Notes: a model not told the origin generated them from the letters alone. Shown: positions 1 to 10,163, counted from the stretch's first letter. The stretch: DNA of 64,000 nt from Flavobacteriales bacterium (GCA_002712715.1 PAUF01000007.1:13644-77643), one strand, 5' to 3'. Numbers and translations are program-made.

Positions 1-317
1 ATTTTAGGATTATCATTTAGTATTCTAATACCTAAACCGCGAATTCTATCCATTTCTTTATAAATATCATCCACTAGAAAAGCAATGTGATGCATTCCTT
101 CTCTATGATTATCCAAATATTTACTAATACTACTTGAATCATCAAATGACGCGATCAATTCAACTTTAGTTTCTCCGATTCTAAAAAATTCTGTGAGCAC
201 ACTTTCGGAAGCAACAACCTCTGATTTATACGAATCTTTATTAAAAATCTTAGAAAACAATTCTTTTGATTGTCTAATATCTTTAACAGCAATTCCAATA
301 TGTTCTATTTTTTTCAA
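1..317 (-). CDS. mce: methylmalonyl-CoA epimerase / glyoxalase (VOC) family protein; the 3' end runs off the window
   Basis: Own minus-strand translation from TTG at 317-315: LKKIEHIGIAVKDIRQSKELFSKIF...ETKVELIASFDDSSSISKYLDNHREGMHHIAFLVDDIYKEMDRIRGLGIRILNDNPK, with no stops to position 1. The IEHIGIAV and HHIAF motifs are typical of the family. It is absent from the ORF track because it has a TTG start and is truncated at the window edge. Confidence 0.6.
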   Translation of the reverse strand, partial: MKKIEHIGIAVKDIRQSKELFSKIFNKDSYKSEVVASESVLTEFFRIGETKVELIASFDDSSSISKYLDNHREGMHHIAFLVDDIYKEMDRIRGLGIRILNDNPK

Positions 318-327
318 AAAAATAAAT

Positions 328-1221
328 CTAATATCTTTTATAACTTGGAATCAAATGACTAATGGTGATTTCATGAGTTCCATTTTGATAATTTCGTATT
401 TCCCCATAATAATAATCAAAAGAGTATCCAAATCTAACTTTATCTGAGTTGGTGCCAATAGCAAAGGAAAAAGAGGAATTTGATCGAATTGACGCGGCTG
501 CCCACATCTGGTCACTATATATAACTCGAGTGGTAAAATTATACTCTCTATAACTATTATCTAAATTTCTTATTAAAGAGGATGGTTCAATAATCCAATC
601 TCTATCTATATGAAATTGATATCCAATTATCCCATAATAGATTCTTTCTTCAAAATTTTTACTAAATCCGTAACCAGCTTCTTCATTAAAAGAAGATTGC
701 AGTAAATTAATTACAGAGTAGCCAATAAAAAAATTGTCACTATATAAATAAACTCCCGAATTGGCGTCACCTAAAAAACTTTCATATGCTTTTGAATTAT
801 AAGCTGGATCATACTCTGCTTGAATATCTTCTGGTAAAAAATCTAAATAGTAATACATAATCTTTGCACCAACACCTAAAGAAAGAAACGTATTTTTACC
901 ATCCAAAGGAACGTGGTAAGCATAACTCAATTGAAAACTAGAATGATGTGAAGGGGAGGTTCTATCATGTTCTAAATAACCCCCCATTGCAGAACGATTA
1001 TTTAATAACCCATGATAGCTCAGATTTGCAGTTAAAGGAGCTCCTTCAAAACCTAGCCACTGCTGTCTAGTTTGTAATGTCCAGGGATTAAAATTTTTAC
1101 TTCCAGTAATAGCTGGATTATATATATAATCATTTATATAGTATTGAGAAAACATTATTGCTTGCTGAGAGCAAATTATACTTGTCGTAAAAATAAAGAA
1201 TATTAATAATGTTTTTTTCAT
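328..1221 (-). CDS. type IX secretion system membrane protein, PorP/SprF family
   Basis: 297 aa with a signal peptide, then the QQAIMFSQYYINDYIYNPAITG motif typical of PorP/SprF. Aromatic-rich beta-barrel-like composition. Its start overlaps the stop of the upstream type-B cargo gene by 1 nt (TAATG). Confidence 0.8.
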   Translation of the reverse strand: MKKTLLIFFIFTTSIICSQQAIMFSQYYINDYIYNPAITGSKNFNPWTLQTRQQWLGFEGAPLTANLSYHGLLNNRSAMGGYLEHDRTSPSHHSSFQLSYAYHVPLDGKNTFLSLGVGAKIMYYYLDFLPEDIQAEYDPAYNSKAYESFLGDANSGVYLYSDNFFIGYSVINLLQSSFNEEAGYGFSKNFEERIYYGIIGYQFHIDRDWIIEPSSLIRNLDNSYREYNFTTRVIYSDQMWAAASIRSNSSFSFAIGTNSDKVRFGYSFDYYYGEIRNYQNGTHEITISHLIPSYKRY

Positions 1222-2312
1222 TATCTAACAATAGTTAATGTTCCTTTGAATATATCCAAATCATTTTCTAAATCTACCACATAATAATAAGTCCCTGAAG
1301 GCAAATCTCTACCATTTAATTTTCCGTTAAAAGCATGAGAGTAAGAATTCTCATAATTTCTTCTTCTGTATACAACATTTCCTAATCTATCATAAACTTC
1401 TATAAGTGCTTCTGGATAAAAGTTGATATTCTTTAACTCCCAAAAATCATGAATTCCATCTCCATTTGGAGAAAAAACCTTATATATTTTAATACATTCC
1501 TTTGGATTAGTATTAATAACTATAGAATCTTCTTTTTCGCATCCCATAGTATCCTTAACTATCACTTTATATTTTCCAGGGTATAAGTTGTTAATTTGAC
1601 TTGATTCCTCACCTACAAAAACATCTCCATTACTCCATGAAAAAATAAAAGGAGGGGTTCCGTATTCTACAAACACTCTTGCAGACGCTGTATTATCATC
1701 TTTGCAAATAACATTTTCAGACATCATAAATGTCTGAATTTCTTGAACTTGATCTAAATTTAAATATTGATTTTTTTGACAACCATTTGCATCAGTAATA
1801 CTTAATGTGTATGGAGTATTAGAGGTTGGGAGATTTTCTAAATTTCTAGATGTATCAGATATTTGTGTCCATAATGTATTATAAGGACTAGTTCCTCCGT
1901 AAATACTAGTATTAACATCAACTGAATCATTGATAGAACAATTATTAGAGAGGATGAAATTTGCTGTTATAGGAATAGTCTCCTCGATTGTAATCGTATC
2001 TGTAAAAGCACAGATTACTTGAGATGATGTGTCTCCAACAATAAAATTCTCCATTACATTAATAACATAGTAGCCAGAGAAAAGGTTAGAAATAGAAGAG
2101 CTACCTGAATAGCTGCCGTCAGGTAAAATCCACCAATACGTTGCGTTTGGATTAGGTACGCTTACGGTAATTGATCCGTTATTATCTCCATAACAATTAT
2201 TATGTAAAATTGAAATGAGGCTATAAGTACATTGAGAAAAAGAAGTATTAATCAATGATGATAATACAAAAAACACACAAGATATCAGGATTTTTTTATT
2301 CATTGTATACAA
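1221..2312 (-). CDS. T9SS type B sorting-domain (gliding-motility C-terminal domain) protein with SprB-like repeats
   Basis: 363 aa with a signal peptide (the start may be the MNKKIL Met at 2303). Contains Cys..G..NG-type repeats (NCYGDNNGSITV, YGGTSPYNTLW, YGTPPFIFSW). The C-terminus is KVFSPNGDGIHDFWEL...GTYYYVV...GTLTIVR, which matches the type B CTD. Confidence 0.8.
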   Translation of the reverse strand: MYTMNKKILISCVFFVLSSLINTSFSQCTYSLISILHNNCYGDNNGSITVSVPNPNATYWWILPDGSYSGSSSISNLFSGYYVINVMENFIVGDTSSQVICAFTDTITIEETIPITANFILSNNCSINDSVDVNTSIYGGTSPYNTLWTQISDTSRNLENLPTSNTPYTLSITDANGCQKNQYLNLDQVQEIQTFMMSENVICKDDNTASARVFVEYGTPPFIFSWSNGDVFVGEESSQINNLYPGKYKVIVKDTMGCEKEDSIVINTNPKECIKIYKVFSPNGDGIHDFWELKNINFYPEALIEVYDRLGNVVYRRRNYENSYSHAFNGKLNGRDLPSGTYYYVVDLENDLDIFKGTLTIVR

Positions 2313-2318
2313 ATATCC

Positions 2319-2339
2319 AAAAAGCCCTATTTATAGGCT
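2319..2339 (-). terminator. candidate hairpin plus T-run downstream of tRNA-Cys
   Basis: On the minus strand, AGCCTATAAATAGGGCT (imperfect stem with one bulged base) is followed by TTTTT. It lies between the tRNA 3' end (2348) and the next start (2312/2303). Confidence 0.4.
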
Positions 2340-2347
2340 AAAAATTG

Positions 2348-2418
2348 AGGTATCGAGCGGATTCGAACCGCTGTACATGGTGTTGCAGACCACTGCCTAG
2401 CCACTCGGCCACGATACC
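2348..2418 (-). tRNA. tRNA-Cys (GCA)
   Basis: Minus-strand sequence GGTATCGTGGCCGAGTGGCTAGGCAGTGGTCTGCAACACCATGTACAGCGGTTCGAATCCGCTCGATACCT. Acceptor stem is GGTATCG/CGATACC, anticodon loop CTGCAAC, T-loop GTTCGAATC. Confidence 0.9.
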
Positions 2419-2466
2419 TTTTTATATCAACAAATATAAGTAATATATCTATTTTGTCAGATATAT

Positions 2467-3030
2467 TTACCTATTATTATACTCATTCATTGTCTTATCA
2501 ATTCCTTGAACTATAAATGACCAAATTAAATCTAAAATAATCTTTAATCTTTCATTAATAATTTGATCTTCTTCGGAATTCCACTTTCCTAAAACAAAAT
2601 CTGATTGTTTTCCTTTTAAAAACTCATTGCCTATACCAATTCTTAACCTCGGGAAATTCTGAGTTTTTAAGACTGAAATAATATCTTTTAATCCATTATG
2701 TCCGCCATCAGAGCCTTTTGACTTCAATCTAATAGACTGGAATGGAAGTGAGATATCATCAGTAATAACGACCATATTTTCAATAGGAATTTTAAGTTTT
2801 GTAATCCAATAATTAACTGCTTTACCGCTTAAATTCATGAAAGTATTGGGCTTAACTAGATACATTTTTTTACCCTTATATTTAATTTCGCAAATGTCAG
2901 CATAACGGTCAGAAGAAAACTTTTCATTATAAAATTTAGCAAAGTAGTCTAAAAATTTAAACCCTATGTTATGTCTAGTGTTTTTATATTCAAAGCCCGG
3001 ATTGCCTAAACCAATAATTAAGTATTTCAT
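2467..3030 (-). CDS. pth: peptidyl-tRNA hydrolase
   Basis: 187 aa. N-terminus is MKYLIIGLGNPGFEYKNTRHNIGF and the GSDGGHNGLKDI motif is present. Confidence 0.95.
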   Translation of the reverse strand: MKYLIIGLGNPGFEYKNTRHNIGFKFLDYFAKFYNEKFSSDRYADICEIKYKGKKMYLVKPNTFMNLSGKAVNYWITKLKIPIENMVVITDDISLPFQSIRLKSKGSDGGHNGLKDIISVLKTQNFPRLRIGIGNEFLKGKQSDFVLGKWNSEEDQIINERLKIILDLIWSFIVQGIDKTMNEYNNR

Positions 3031-3032
3031 TC

Positions 3033-3698
3033 TTAGTTAGAGTCCTCAGAATCTGACTTTTTTTCGGAATTACCTTCACTATTTTCTTCAGATTTTGTTT
3101 CAGAAGATTCTCCGCTTTCATCTTCATCTTCATCTTCAACTTCATCCTCGATTGCTGTTCTAGCAGTCTTAACTCCAACAACTACAGAATTATCTGGAGC
3201 TAAAAATTCACAGCCTTCTATTTCTAAATCCTTAATATATACGAAATCTCCGATTTTTAAATGTTCTATATTAATTTCTATAGAGTCAGGCATTGCGCTT
3301 ATTAAGCCTCTAGTAATAATTTTTCTTCTCCTAAACATTAAATTACCACCATTTCTTACACCAATAGCTAGTCCCTGTAAAATAACAGGAATAGATAAAG
3401 TAATTGGTTTTTCATCAAAAACTTCTAGAAAGTCTATATGCAAAATCTTTTCAGATACTGGATGAAACTGAATATCCTGCATTATACATTTTTTAATAGA
3501 GCCATCTATACTTAATTCTACAACATAAACATCTGGAGTATATACAAGATTTCTAAAGTCATTTTCATGAGCATAGAAACACACTTGCTTTTCTCCCCCG
3601 TAAAGTACACATGGTACATTACCCTGATTTCTTAGTGATTTAGAGTTTGATTTACCAACATTTTCTCTAACATTAGCACTAATTGCTAGTGATTTCAT
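3033..3698 (-). CDS. rplY: 50S ribosomal protein L25 / general stress protein Ctc, with an acidic Ser/Glu-rich C-terminal tail
   Basis: 221 aa. L25/Ctc-like core (RNQGNVPCVLYGG..., two-domain Ctc form). Sits in the conserved pth-rplY-prs arrangement. Confidence 0.9.
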   Translation of the reverse strand: MKSLAISANVRENVGKSNSKSLRNQGNVPCVLYGGEKQVCFYAHENDFRNLVYTPDVYVVELSIDGSIKKCIMQDIQFHPVSEKILHIDFLEVFDEKPITLSIPVILQGLAIGVRNGGNLMFRRRKIITRGLISAMPDSIEINIEHLKIGDFVYIKDLEIEGCEFLAPDNSVVVGVKTARTAIEDEVEDEDEDESGESSETKSEENSEGNSEKKSDSEDSN

Positions 3699-3716
3699 AT
3701 TAATTTAGTTTTATAA

Positions 3717-4658
3717 TTAACAAATAAAGTTTGAGCTAATTGATCTATTATCAACTAAAGCTCGGATAGTTTCTGCAAACAATTTATCTACAGATATTAT
3801 TTTTATTTTTTGTATTTTATTCTGTAAAGGAATAGTATCTGTGATTACTACCTCTAACAAATTAGATTTCTCAATCTTTTCTAAAGCATTTCCAGAAAGG
3901 ACTCCATGGGTACATATAGCTCTGACTGTATTTGCTCCATTTTCTATCATTACATCTGCCGCCTTAGCTAAAGTTCCAGCTGTATCTACCATATCATCTA
4001 CTAATATCACATCTCTTCCTTCAACATTCCCTATTAACATCATTTTATTTATCTGATTTGCAGCCTCCCGATGCTTATAACACACAACAACATCTGAATT
4101 TAAAAACTTTGCATAAGTATTTGCTCTTTTAGTCCCACCCATGTCCGGAGAAGCAATAGTTAAATTCTTTAAACTCAAGCTTTCTATGTAAGGAATAAAC
4201 AATGTAGAAGCGTATAAATGATCAACTGGGACTTCAAAAAAACCTTGTATTTGATCAGCGTGCAAATCTATGGTCATAACTCTATTCACGCCCGCTGCGG
4301 TTAATAAATTTGCTACTAATTTAGCGGCAATTGGCACTCTAGGTTTACCTTTTTTATCCTGCCTAGCAAATCCAAAATAAGGCATAACAGCGATTATATT
4401 ATGTGCAGAAGCTCTTTTTGCTGCATCAATCATCATTAATAATTCCATTAAATTTTCAGAAGGAGGAGTGGTTGATTGAACAATGAATACATCCGCTCCT
4501 CTGACTGTTTCATCAAAAGCTGGTTCAAATTCGCCATCCGAGAACTCTACAATTGATTCATTTCCAAGCTTAACTCCAAACATGGAAGCTATTCTATTAG
4601 CAATATCTCTAGAAGCTCTACCTGAAAATATTTTTATATCTCTGTCCATATTACACAC
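3717..4658 (-). CDS. prs: ribose-phosphate pyrophosphokinase
   Basis: 313 aa. Motifs YFGFARQDKK, DLHADQIQGFF and VLVDDMVDTAGT (PRPP-binding loop). Confidence 0.95.
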   Translation of the reverse strand: MCNMDRDIKIFSGRASRDIANRIASMFGVKLGNESIVEFSDGEFEPAFDETVRGADVFIVQSTTPPSENLMELLMMIDAAKRASAHNIIAVMPYFGFARQDKKGKPRVPIAAKLVANLLTAAGVNRVMTIDLHADQIQGFFEVPVDHLYASTLFIPYIESLSLKNLTIASPDMGGTKRANTYAKFLNSDVVVCYKHREAANQINKMMLIGNVEGRDVILVDDMVDTAGTLAKAADVMIENGANTVRAICTHGVLSGNALEKIEKSNLLEVVITDTIPLQNKIQKIKIISVDKLFAETIRALVDNRSISSNFIC

Positions 4659-4677
4659 CTATAAATTGAAAGGGTAG

Positions 4678-4685
4678 CAAATATA
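4678..4685 (-). promoter_or_regulatory. candidate Bacteroidota -7 box (TAnnTTTG) for prs-rplY-pth
   Basis: Minus strand reads TATATTTG, 19 nt upstream of the prs ATG at 4658. Confidence 0.3.
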
Positions 4686-4769
4686 ATCAATCTAATAAGA
4701 TTTATATAATTTTTACAAAAAATCATTTATTAGTCATAATTAATGTGTTATTTTGCCTTAACACATGAA

Positions 4770-4851
4770 GCCCAGATGGCGGAATTGGTAGACGCGTTGG
4801 TCTCAAACACCAATGGAGCAATCCGTGCCGGTTCGACCCCGGCTCTGGGCA
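4770..4851 (+). tRNA. tRNA-Leu (CAA)
   Basis: GCCCAGATGGCGGAATTGGTAGACGCGTTGGTCTCAAACACCAATGGAGCAATCCGTGCCGGTTCGACCCCGGCTCTGGGCA. Acceptor stem GCCCAGA/TCTGGGC, anticodon loop CTCAAAC, long variable arm, T-loop GTTCGAC. Confidence 0.9.
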
Positions 4852-4854
4852 CGT

Positions 4855-4884
4855 AAGCCTCTACAATCAGAGGCTTTTTATTTT
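4855..4884 (+). terminator. rho-independent terminator-like hairpin after tRNA-Leu
   Basis: Perfect 8-bp stem AAGCCTCT/AGAGGCTT with loop ACAATC, followed by TTTATTTT. Confidence 0.6.
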
Positions 4885-4891
4885 AATTAAA

Positions 4892-6052
4892 ATGAGAAAA
4901 AAAATATTGCTTTTAGGGTCTGGAGAATTAGGAAAAGAACTTGTCATCGCTTTTCAAAGACTAGGACAATACGTTATTGCGGTAGATAATTATATTAATG
5001 CTCCAGCCATGCAGGTTGCTCACAAAAGTGAAGTAATTAATATGCTTGATGGGGAAGAGCTTGATCGAATCGTTAAAAAACATGCTCCTGATTTTATTGT
5101 TCCAGAGGTTGAATCTATAAGAACAGAACGATTATATGATTATGAAAAACAAGGATATTCCGTAATACCTTCTGCGAAAGCAGCTAACTTTACAATGAAT
5201 AGGAAATCTATTCGAGATTTAGCTGTAAGAGATTTAAACATAAAATCTGCAAAATACAAGTACGCAAAGTCTTATAAAGAATTAGAAAGGGCGGTCAAAG
5301 AAATTGGGGTCCCATGTGTTGTAAAACCCTTAATGTCGAGTTCTGGCAAAGGTCAGTCAACAGTTAAAGCTATTGACGATATAAAACATTCTTGGGAATA
5401 TGCTATTAATGGGTCAAGAGGGGATATAGTAGAAGTTATTGTAGAAGAATATATCAACTTTGACTATGAAATTACGCTTCTTACTCTAACTCAAAAAACA
5501 AATAGAACTCTATTCTGTTCACCAATTGGACATAGACAAGAAAGAGGTGACTACCAAGAAAGTTGGCAGCCAATGAATATGGATAAAAATCTAATAATGA
5601 AAGCTCAAAAAATGGGTAAAAAAATCACTTCAAAATTAACGGGAAATGGTATTTGGGGAGTCGAATTTTTCATAAAAGATAATGAAGTATTCTTTTCTGA
5701 ACTTTCACCCAGACCACATGACACGGGTATGGTAACTTTAGCTGGGACTCAAATATTTTCTCAATTTGAACTTCATGCGAGGGCAATATTAGGAATACCT
5801 GTAACCGAAATAAAACTTTTAAAAAATGGAGCTTCGGCAGTTATTTTAGCAAATGAAAATAATAATTCTTATCCATTAATTCAAGGACTAGAAGAATCTG
5901 GTGTTTTTGCAAATACTGAAGTAAGGATTTTTGGCAAGCCAAATACTAAAAAATATCGTAGAATGGGAGTAGCTTTAGCTGCTGGAAAGAAAAGCGTGAA
6001 AGAATTAGTAAAGTTAGCGAAAAAATCCGCTAATTGTATACAAATAAATTAA
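4892..6052 (+). CDS. purT: formate-dependent phosphoribosylglycinamide formyltransferase (GAR transformylase 2)
   Basis: 386 aa. N-terminus [25 protein letters not shown]-grasp core, and the C-terminal RRMGVALA motif typical of PurT. Confidence 0.9.
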   Translation: MRKKILLLGSGELGKELVIAFQRLGQYVIAVDNYINAPAMQVAHKSEVINMLDGEELDRIVKKHAPDFIVPEVESIRTERLYDYEKQGYSVIPSAKAANFTMNRKSIRDLAVRDLNIKSAKYKYAKSYKELERAVKEIGVPCVVKPLMSSSGKGQSTVKAIDDIKHSWEYAINGSRGDIVEVIVEEYINFDYEITLLTLTQKTNRTLFCSPIGHRQERGDYQESWQPMNMDKNLIMKAQKMGKKITSKLTGNGIWGVEFFIKDNEVFFSELSPRPHDTGMVTLAGTQIFSQFELHARAILGIPVTEIKLLKNGASAVILANENNNSYPLIQGLEESGVFANTEVRIFGKPNTKKYRRMGVALAAGKKSVKELVKLAKKSANCIQIN

Positions 6053-7971
6053 TTTAACCCTTGTTTTTCTACCCAGTCACCATTTAATTTGATTAAATTA
6101 ATTAAAGCCTTGACAGCTCTTTCTTCAGGAATGTTTTTTTCAACTACTTTCTGTTCTTTATATAGTGTGATTTTACCTTTGCCAGTTCCAACATAACCAT
6201 AATCAGCATCTGCCATCTCTCCAGGGCCATTAACAATACATCCCATTATACCAATTTTCACGCCTTTAAGGTGATCCGTTTCTTTTCTTATTTTTGCAGT
6301 TGTCTCTTCTAAATCAAAAAGTGTTCTTCCGCAGCTAGGACATGAAATGTATTCAGTTTTTGAAATACGTGTTCTAGTAGCTTGCAAAATCCCAAATGAT
6401 AAAGAATTTATCATCTGATCAGAACCACAATTTTCTGCATAAATAAAAATTCCATCTCCCAATCCGTCTAGCAATAAAGATCCAAGATCTATGGATGCAA
6501 AAATCTGTAATTGGCTTTCAGAAAAATTTTGATATGATCTTCCAATAATCACGGGTGTTTTTATATCATGATTAATAAGATCAATAAATAACCTTCTTTG
6601 ATCTGCAATACCGTTTTTATTATGAGTATCAATCAAAAGCACTGCTGTTTTATCCGCTTTTAGCTTAGTTTTTAATGATTCCGAAAAGTCAGTTAAACAC
6701 GCGTAAACTATATTCAACTTATTAGAACATTCCAGATCTCCTAAATATTCTTTTACAGATAAATAAGGATACCCTTTCTTATGTTTTTTCCAAGTCTTAT
6801 AGTTGTAGATAACTCCTAAAGTACCTGGAACTTCAAAGTCAATTTCATGGTCGCCAACAAAAACATAATCTGCCGCCATTTCTGAAATGTGCCATTTATC
6901 TAACGGAACCGAATAACTGTATCCTAAGGCAAAAAAGGATGCGGGAGTAATGTGCTTTTTCGTTGAGAAATCCAATGTTACAATCGGCGGATTTTTTCCT
7001 CCTATATTTAATACTGTATTTGTTTCTCTTTTTTTATATGAAAATGGAGTCAAAGGATTATCTTTTATTTCATTAATTTCTTCATGATTTTCAATTCCAT
7101 CAAAATGACTCAACAATATTTTAGCAACCGGGATTTCGAATTCCGGAGCTTCTGTTAAAGATACACGTATAGTGTCCCCTATTCCATCCGCTAATAAGGA
7201 ACCTATACCTACAGCTGATTTTATTCTGCCATCCTCACCCTCACCCGCTTCAGTCACTCCCAAGTGCAATGGATAATTCATATTATTATTTATCATTTCA
7301 GATACTAATAACCTATATGCATATACCATTACTCTAGTATTAGAAGCTTTCATAGATAAAATTATATCATGAAAATCTTCTTCCTGACATATTTTAATAA
7401 ACTCCATTGCAGATTCAACCATGCCTTTGGGAGTGTCCCCATATCTACTTAATATCCTATCTGATAATGAGCCATGATTTGTACCTATACGCATCGCAGT
7501 ACCCTGTTCTTTACATGCTTGAACAAGTGGCGTAAACTTTTGTTTGATTCTGTCAAGTTCTAATTGATAACTTTCATCTGTATAATCTATTTGTTCAAAT
7601 CTTTTTTTATCAGCGTAATTTCCCGGATTTATTCTTACTTTATCTACGATCTTAGCAGCTATTTCTGCTGCATTAGGTGTATAGTGAATATCCGCAACTA
7701 TTGGAGTTTCAAAACCCATTAAAGTTAGCTTATCTTTAATGAGTTTTAAATTTTCCGCTTCTTTATTACTAGGGGCTGTTATCCTGACTAATTCACATCC
7801 GGCATTTATCATTCTTATAGATTCCTCAACGGTAGCTTCAGTGTCCATTGTATTTTTAGTTGTCATTGATTGTATACGAATGGGATAATCTGCTCCAAAA
7901 AAAACATTGCCTACTCTGACTTTTCTTGTATTGAATCTAGAAAACCTTGTAAGACTATTACAATATCTCAT
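6049..7971 (-). CDS. ispG: 4-hydroxy-3-methylbut-2-enyl diphosphate synthase, long three-domain form
   Basis: 640 aa. N-terminal TIM-barrel motifs ([19 protein letters not shown]-like [11 protein letters not shown]). C-terminal 4Fe-4S motif ISCPSCGRT...[10 protein letters not shown] large central insert, as in Bacteroidota, Chlamydia and plant enzymes. Confidence 0.95.
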   Translation of the reverse strand: MRYCNSLTRFSRFNTRKVRVGNVFFGADYPIRIQSMTTKNTMDTEATVEESIRMINAGCELVRITAPSNKEAENLKLIKDKLTLMGFETPIVADIHYTPNAAEIAAKIVDKVRINPGNYADKKRFEQIDYTDESYQLELDRIKQKFTPLVQACKEQGTAMRIGTNHGSLSDRILSRYGDTPKGMVESAMEFIKICQEEDFHDIILSMKASNTRVMVYAYRLLVSEMINNNMNYPLHLGVTEAGEGEDGRIKSAVGIGSLLADGIGDTIRVSLTEAPEFEIPVAKILLSHFDGIENHEEINEIKDNPLTPFSYKKRETNTVLNIGGKNPPIVTLDFSTKKHITPASFFALGYSYSVPLDKWHISEMAADYVFVGDHEIDFEVPGTLGVIYNYKTWKKHKKGYPYLSVKEYLGDLECSNKLNIVYACLTDFSESLKTKLKADKTAVLLIDTHNKNGIADQRRLFIDLINHDIKTPVIIGRSYQNFSESQLQIFASIDLGSLLLDGLGDGIFIYAENCGSDQMINSLSFGILQATRTRISKTEYISCPSCGRTLFDLEETTAKIRKETDHLKGVKIGIMGCIVNGPGEMADADYGYVGTGKGKITLYKEQKVVEKNIPEERAVKALINLIKLNGDWVEKQGLN

Positions 7972-10160
7972 TATTCTATTAAAATCTTTTTCACAAAATT
8001 AACCTGATGATTTGACGCGTGTATAAAATAAACTCCTTGGGGTAAATGGTGTAAATCTATTTCCTCAATTGAATTCTTTGAATCCATAAATTCTTCATAG
8101 ACTATTTCACCCATTACATTGTAACATTTTATTTTATAATTATTTGTATTTCCTTTTATAAACACTGATCCTTTCGTTGGGTTTGGGAAAATTTCAAAAG
8201 TAAATTCATGTATATTTGATGTAGATAGTGGGGAAACGTATGACCCAGCAATAAAATTATGTCGTATTTCAGTTCCAAAATCTGGGTTAAAATCAGTAAA
8301 CCAAGTTCCAGGGGTGTTTCTAAATCTAATATAACCTGAACCATCATTATTGGCCCAAAAATCTAGACCATCTTCATCAGAATCTACAGCTAAAAAAGTA
8401 TAACATCCATTGTCAAAAGCTATGGTGTCTCTATATTGAGTATTGGTTTGCATAAACGGATTTGAAGAAGCGTATTCTGAATCTTCAATATCATAAAATT
8501 TCCATGAAGTTTCATTAACTAAATTTGTCTGAGTCCATACAGCGAAAATATTCTGATATGTAGGAGCGTGCTGAAATTCTGATAACATATTATTATTATC
8601 TAAATATTCATCTGCTAATCCATTTGGTTTACTTAACTTGACTTCAAAAACATTTTTAGATCCTTGCCAGCCACTTAGAGCGGGGAGTTCAACTTCCTCC
8701 TCTTGCAAAAAAAGTAAACTGCCAGTCCATTTATATGTATGAGTAGTTCCTCCCAATACTCCATATTCAATATCTACAGAAGATAGAGGGTCTTTACCAT
8801 AATTTCTTATCTTGATTAATGGTTTGCCACATATTGGATTCATTCTAGAATATTCATCTTTCAAAGAAGGCTTAATAATATCTACAATCTCCACGTCATT
8901 AGAAAAATTAGGGTCACTATATAAAAATAGTTGACAATCTATAATATATGATGGAGTCTGAGAACCGCTCCAAATATAATTGTCAAAGTCAATATTAATT
9001 TCTATAGAATCTAAAGGGTTAAGATAATCTGTGATTTCATGATCAAAGGCTTTGGCTCTTAATCCTGGACACCAATTTGCTCTATCATAGAGCCAGGTTC
9101 CTCCTTGAGGGTATATTGGATTTACTCCACATTCATCATCCCAATTATTTTGTATATGAGTAAGCAATCCATCAACTCTAACAAAATAATCTATTTCTTT
9201 AAATTCTGCAGCATTTATATTATTATCAAACCCATGACCTGATGTTGTCATCTTAATCATCCCCCCAGAAGAGTTCTGATCTATATAAAACTTTTTTGGA
9301 TGCAAGCAGTTACTTTCAAAACTTGAAGAGTTATTGTAATTACAACTTCTACTATAAATATTCTGCAGCGAATTCACATGTCTTGGCGGACTCCCCTCAA
9401 TAAATTCAAAATCCAAGGAAACACTAAACCCTGATGACCATCCACTGTAATGGGCTCTAATTTCTACTGAATCTTTTAAAATAAGTGCAAAATCAGTAAT
9501 ATCAAAAATATGAGTAAATTTCCAATCATTTGTCAGTCCACTTCCATATGGGGTAATAACTCTCGCTAATTCAAAAGCCTCTATTACATCAAAATACGTG
9601 TACCAATTATAATAAGATAAATAATCAACATTTTCAGGATAAACATATATTGAATCTAGTATCAATCCATTTGTGTCATATATCATATTATAAAACCCTG
9701 AATGAAATACATAATTAGTATCAGTGGGTTGTGTTGGATTATTTGGATCATTAAAATATATGATTTCTATTAATGAAGATAATGAAGAATCGACAACATT
9801 ATTAATACTATCCCAAAAATGAATATATGTAGTATCTGAATAAAAAACTGTGTCCATAACGTTTCCATTTACCATGAAATTTGGAGAGGTTTGCAGATTT
9901 GAATCTAGATCTCCTGTTCTGTGCAGAACTTCTATCTTTGTGGTATAATCCCAATCTGAACATCCGTTAGTAGCGCAGCCCATTGTATAATGTAAATATA
10001 TTTTTCTGTAAGTTTCAGATCCATCTGGGAATAATCCCCACTCATCATAATTTCCATACCATGTCATATCAGTAGCGTCATGAACTCTAATTTTAGTAGT
10101 GTCTCCGCTAAATACATTTAATATGATAATACAAAATAAAATTGTTAAATATTGTTTCAT
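7971..10160 (-). CDS. secreted peptide-N-glycosidase F-related protein with a T9SS type A C-terminal sorting domain
   Basis: 729 aa with a signal peptide. By eye, the segment GGTWLYDRANWCPGLRAKAFDHEIT resembles the PNGase F segment GNWAPDRAGWCPGMAVPTRIDVL. The C-terminus FEIFPNPTKGSVFIKG...GVYFIHA...KKILIE matches the Por_Secre_tail type A CTD. Confidence 0.65.
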   Translation of the reverse strand: MKQYLTILFCIIILNVFSGDTTKIRVHDATDMTWYGNYDEWGLFPDGSETYRKIYLHYTMGCATNGCSDWDYTTKIEVLHRTGDLDSNLQTSPNFMVNGNVMDTVFYSDTTYIHFWDSINNVVDSSLSSLIEIIYFNDPNNPTQPTDTNYVFHSGFYNMIYDTNGLILDSIYVYPENVDYLSYYNWYTYFDVIEAFELARVITPYGSGLTNDWKFTHIFDITDFALILKDSVEIRAHYSGWSSGFSVSLDFEFIEGSPPRHVNSLQNIYSRSCNYNNSSSFESNCLHPKKFYIDQNSSGGMIKMTTSGHGFDNNINAAEFKEIDYFVRVDGLLTHIQNNWDDECGVNPIYPQGGTWLYDRANWCPGLRAKAFDHEITDYLNPLDSIEINIDFDNYIWSGSQTPSYIIDCQLFLYSDPNFSNDVEIVDIIKPSLKDEYSRMNPICGKPLIKIRNYGKDPLSSVDIEYGVLGGTTHTYKWTGSLLFLQEEEVELPALSGWQGSKNVFEVKLSKPNGLADEYLDNNNMLSEFQHAPTYQNIFAVWTQTNLVNETSWKFYDIEDSEYASSNPFMQTNTQYRDTIAFDNGCYTFLAVDSDEDGLDFWANNDGSGYIRFRNTPGTWFTDFNPDFGTEIRHNFIAGSYVSPLSTSNIHEFTFEIFPNPTKGSVFIKGNTNNYKIKCYNVMGEIVYEEFMDSKNSIEEIDLHHLPQGVYFIHASNHQVNFVKKILIE

Positions 10161-10163
10161 AAT

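Noticed and set aside
2990-3181. 63-aa ORF containing MKLKMKMKMKAE
   Set aside because: It is the antisense reading of the acidic GAA/GAT-rich tail of rplY and overlaps pth. It is a low-complexity artefact.
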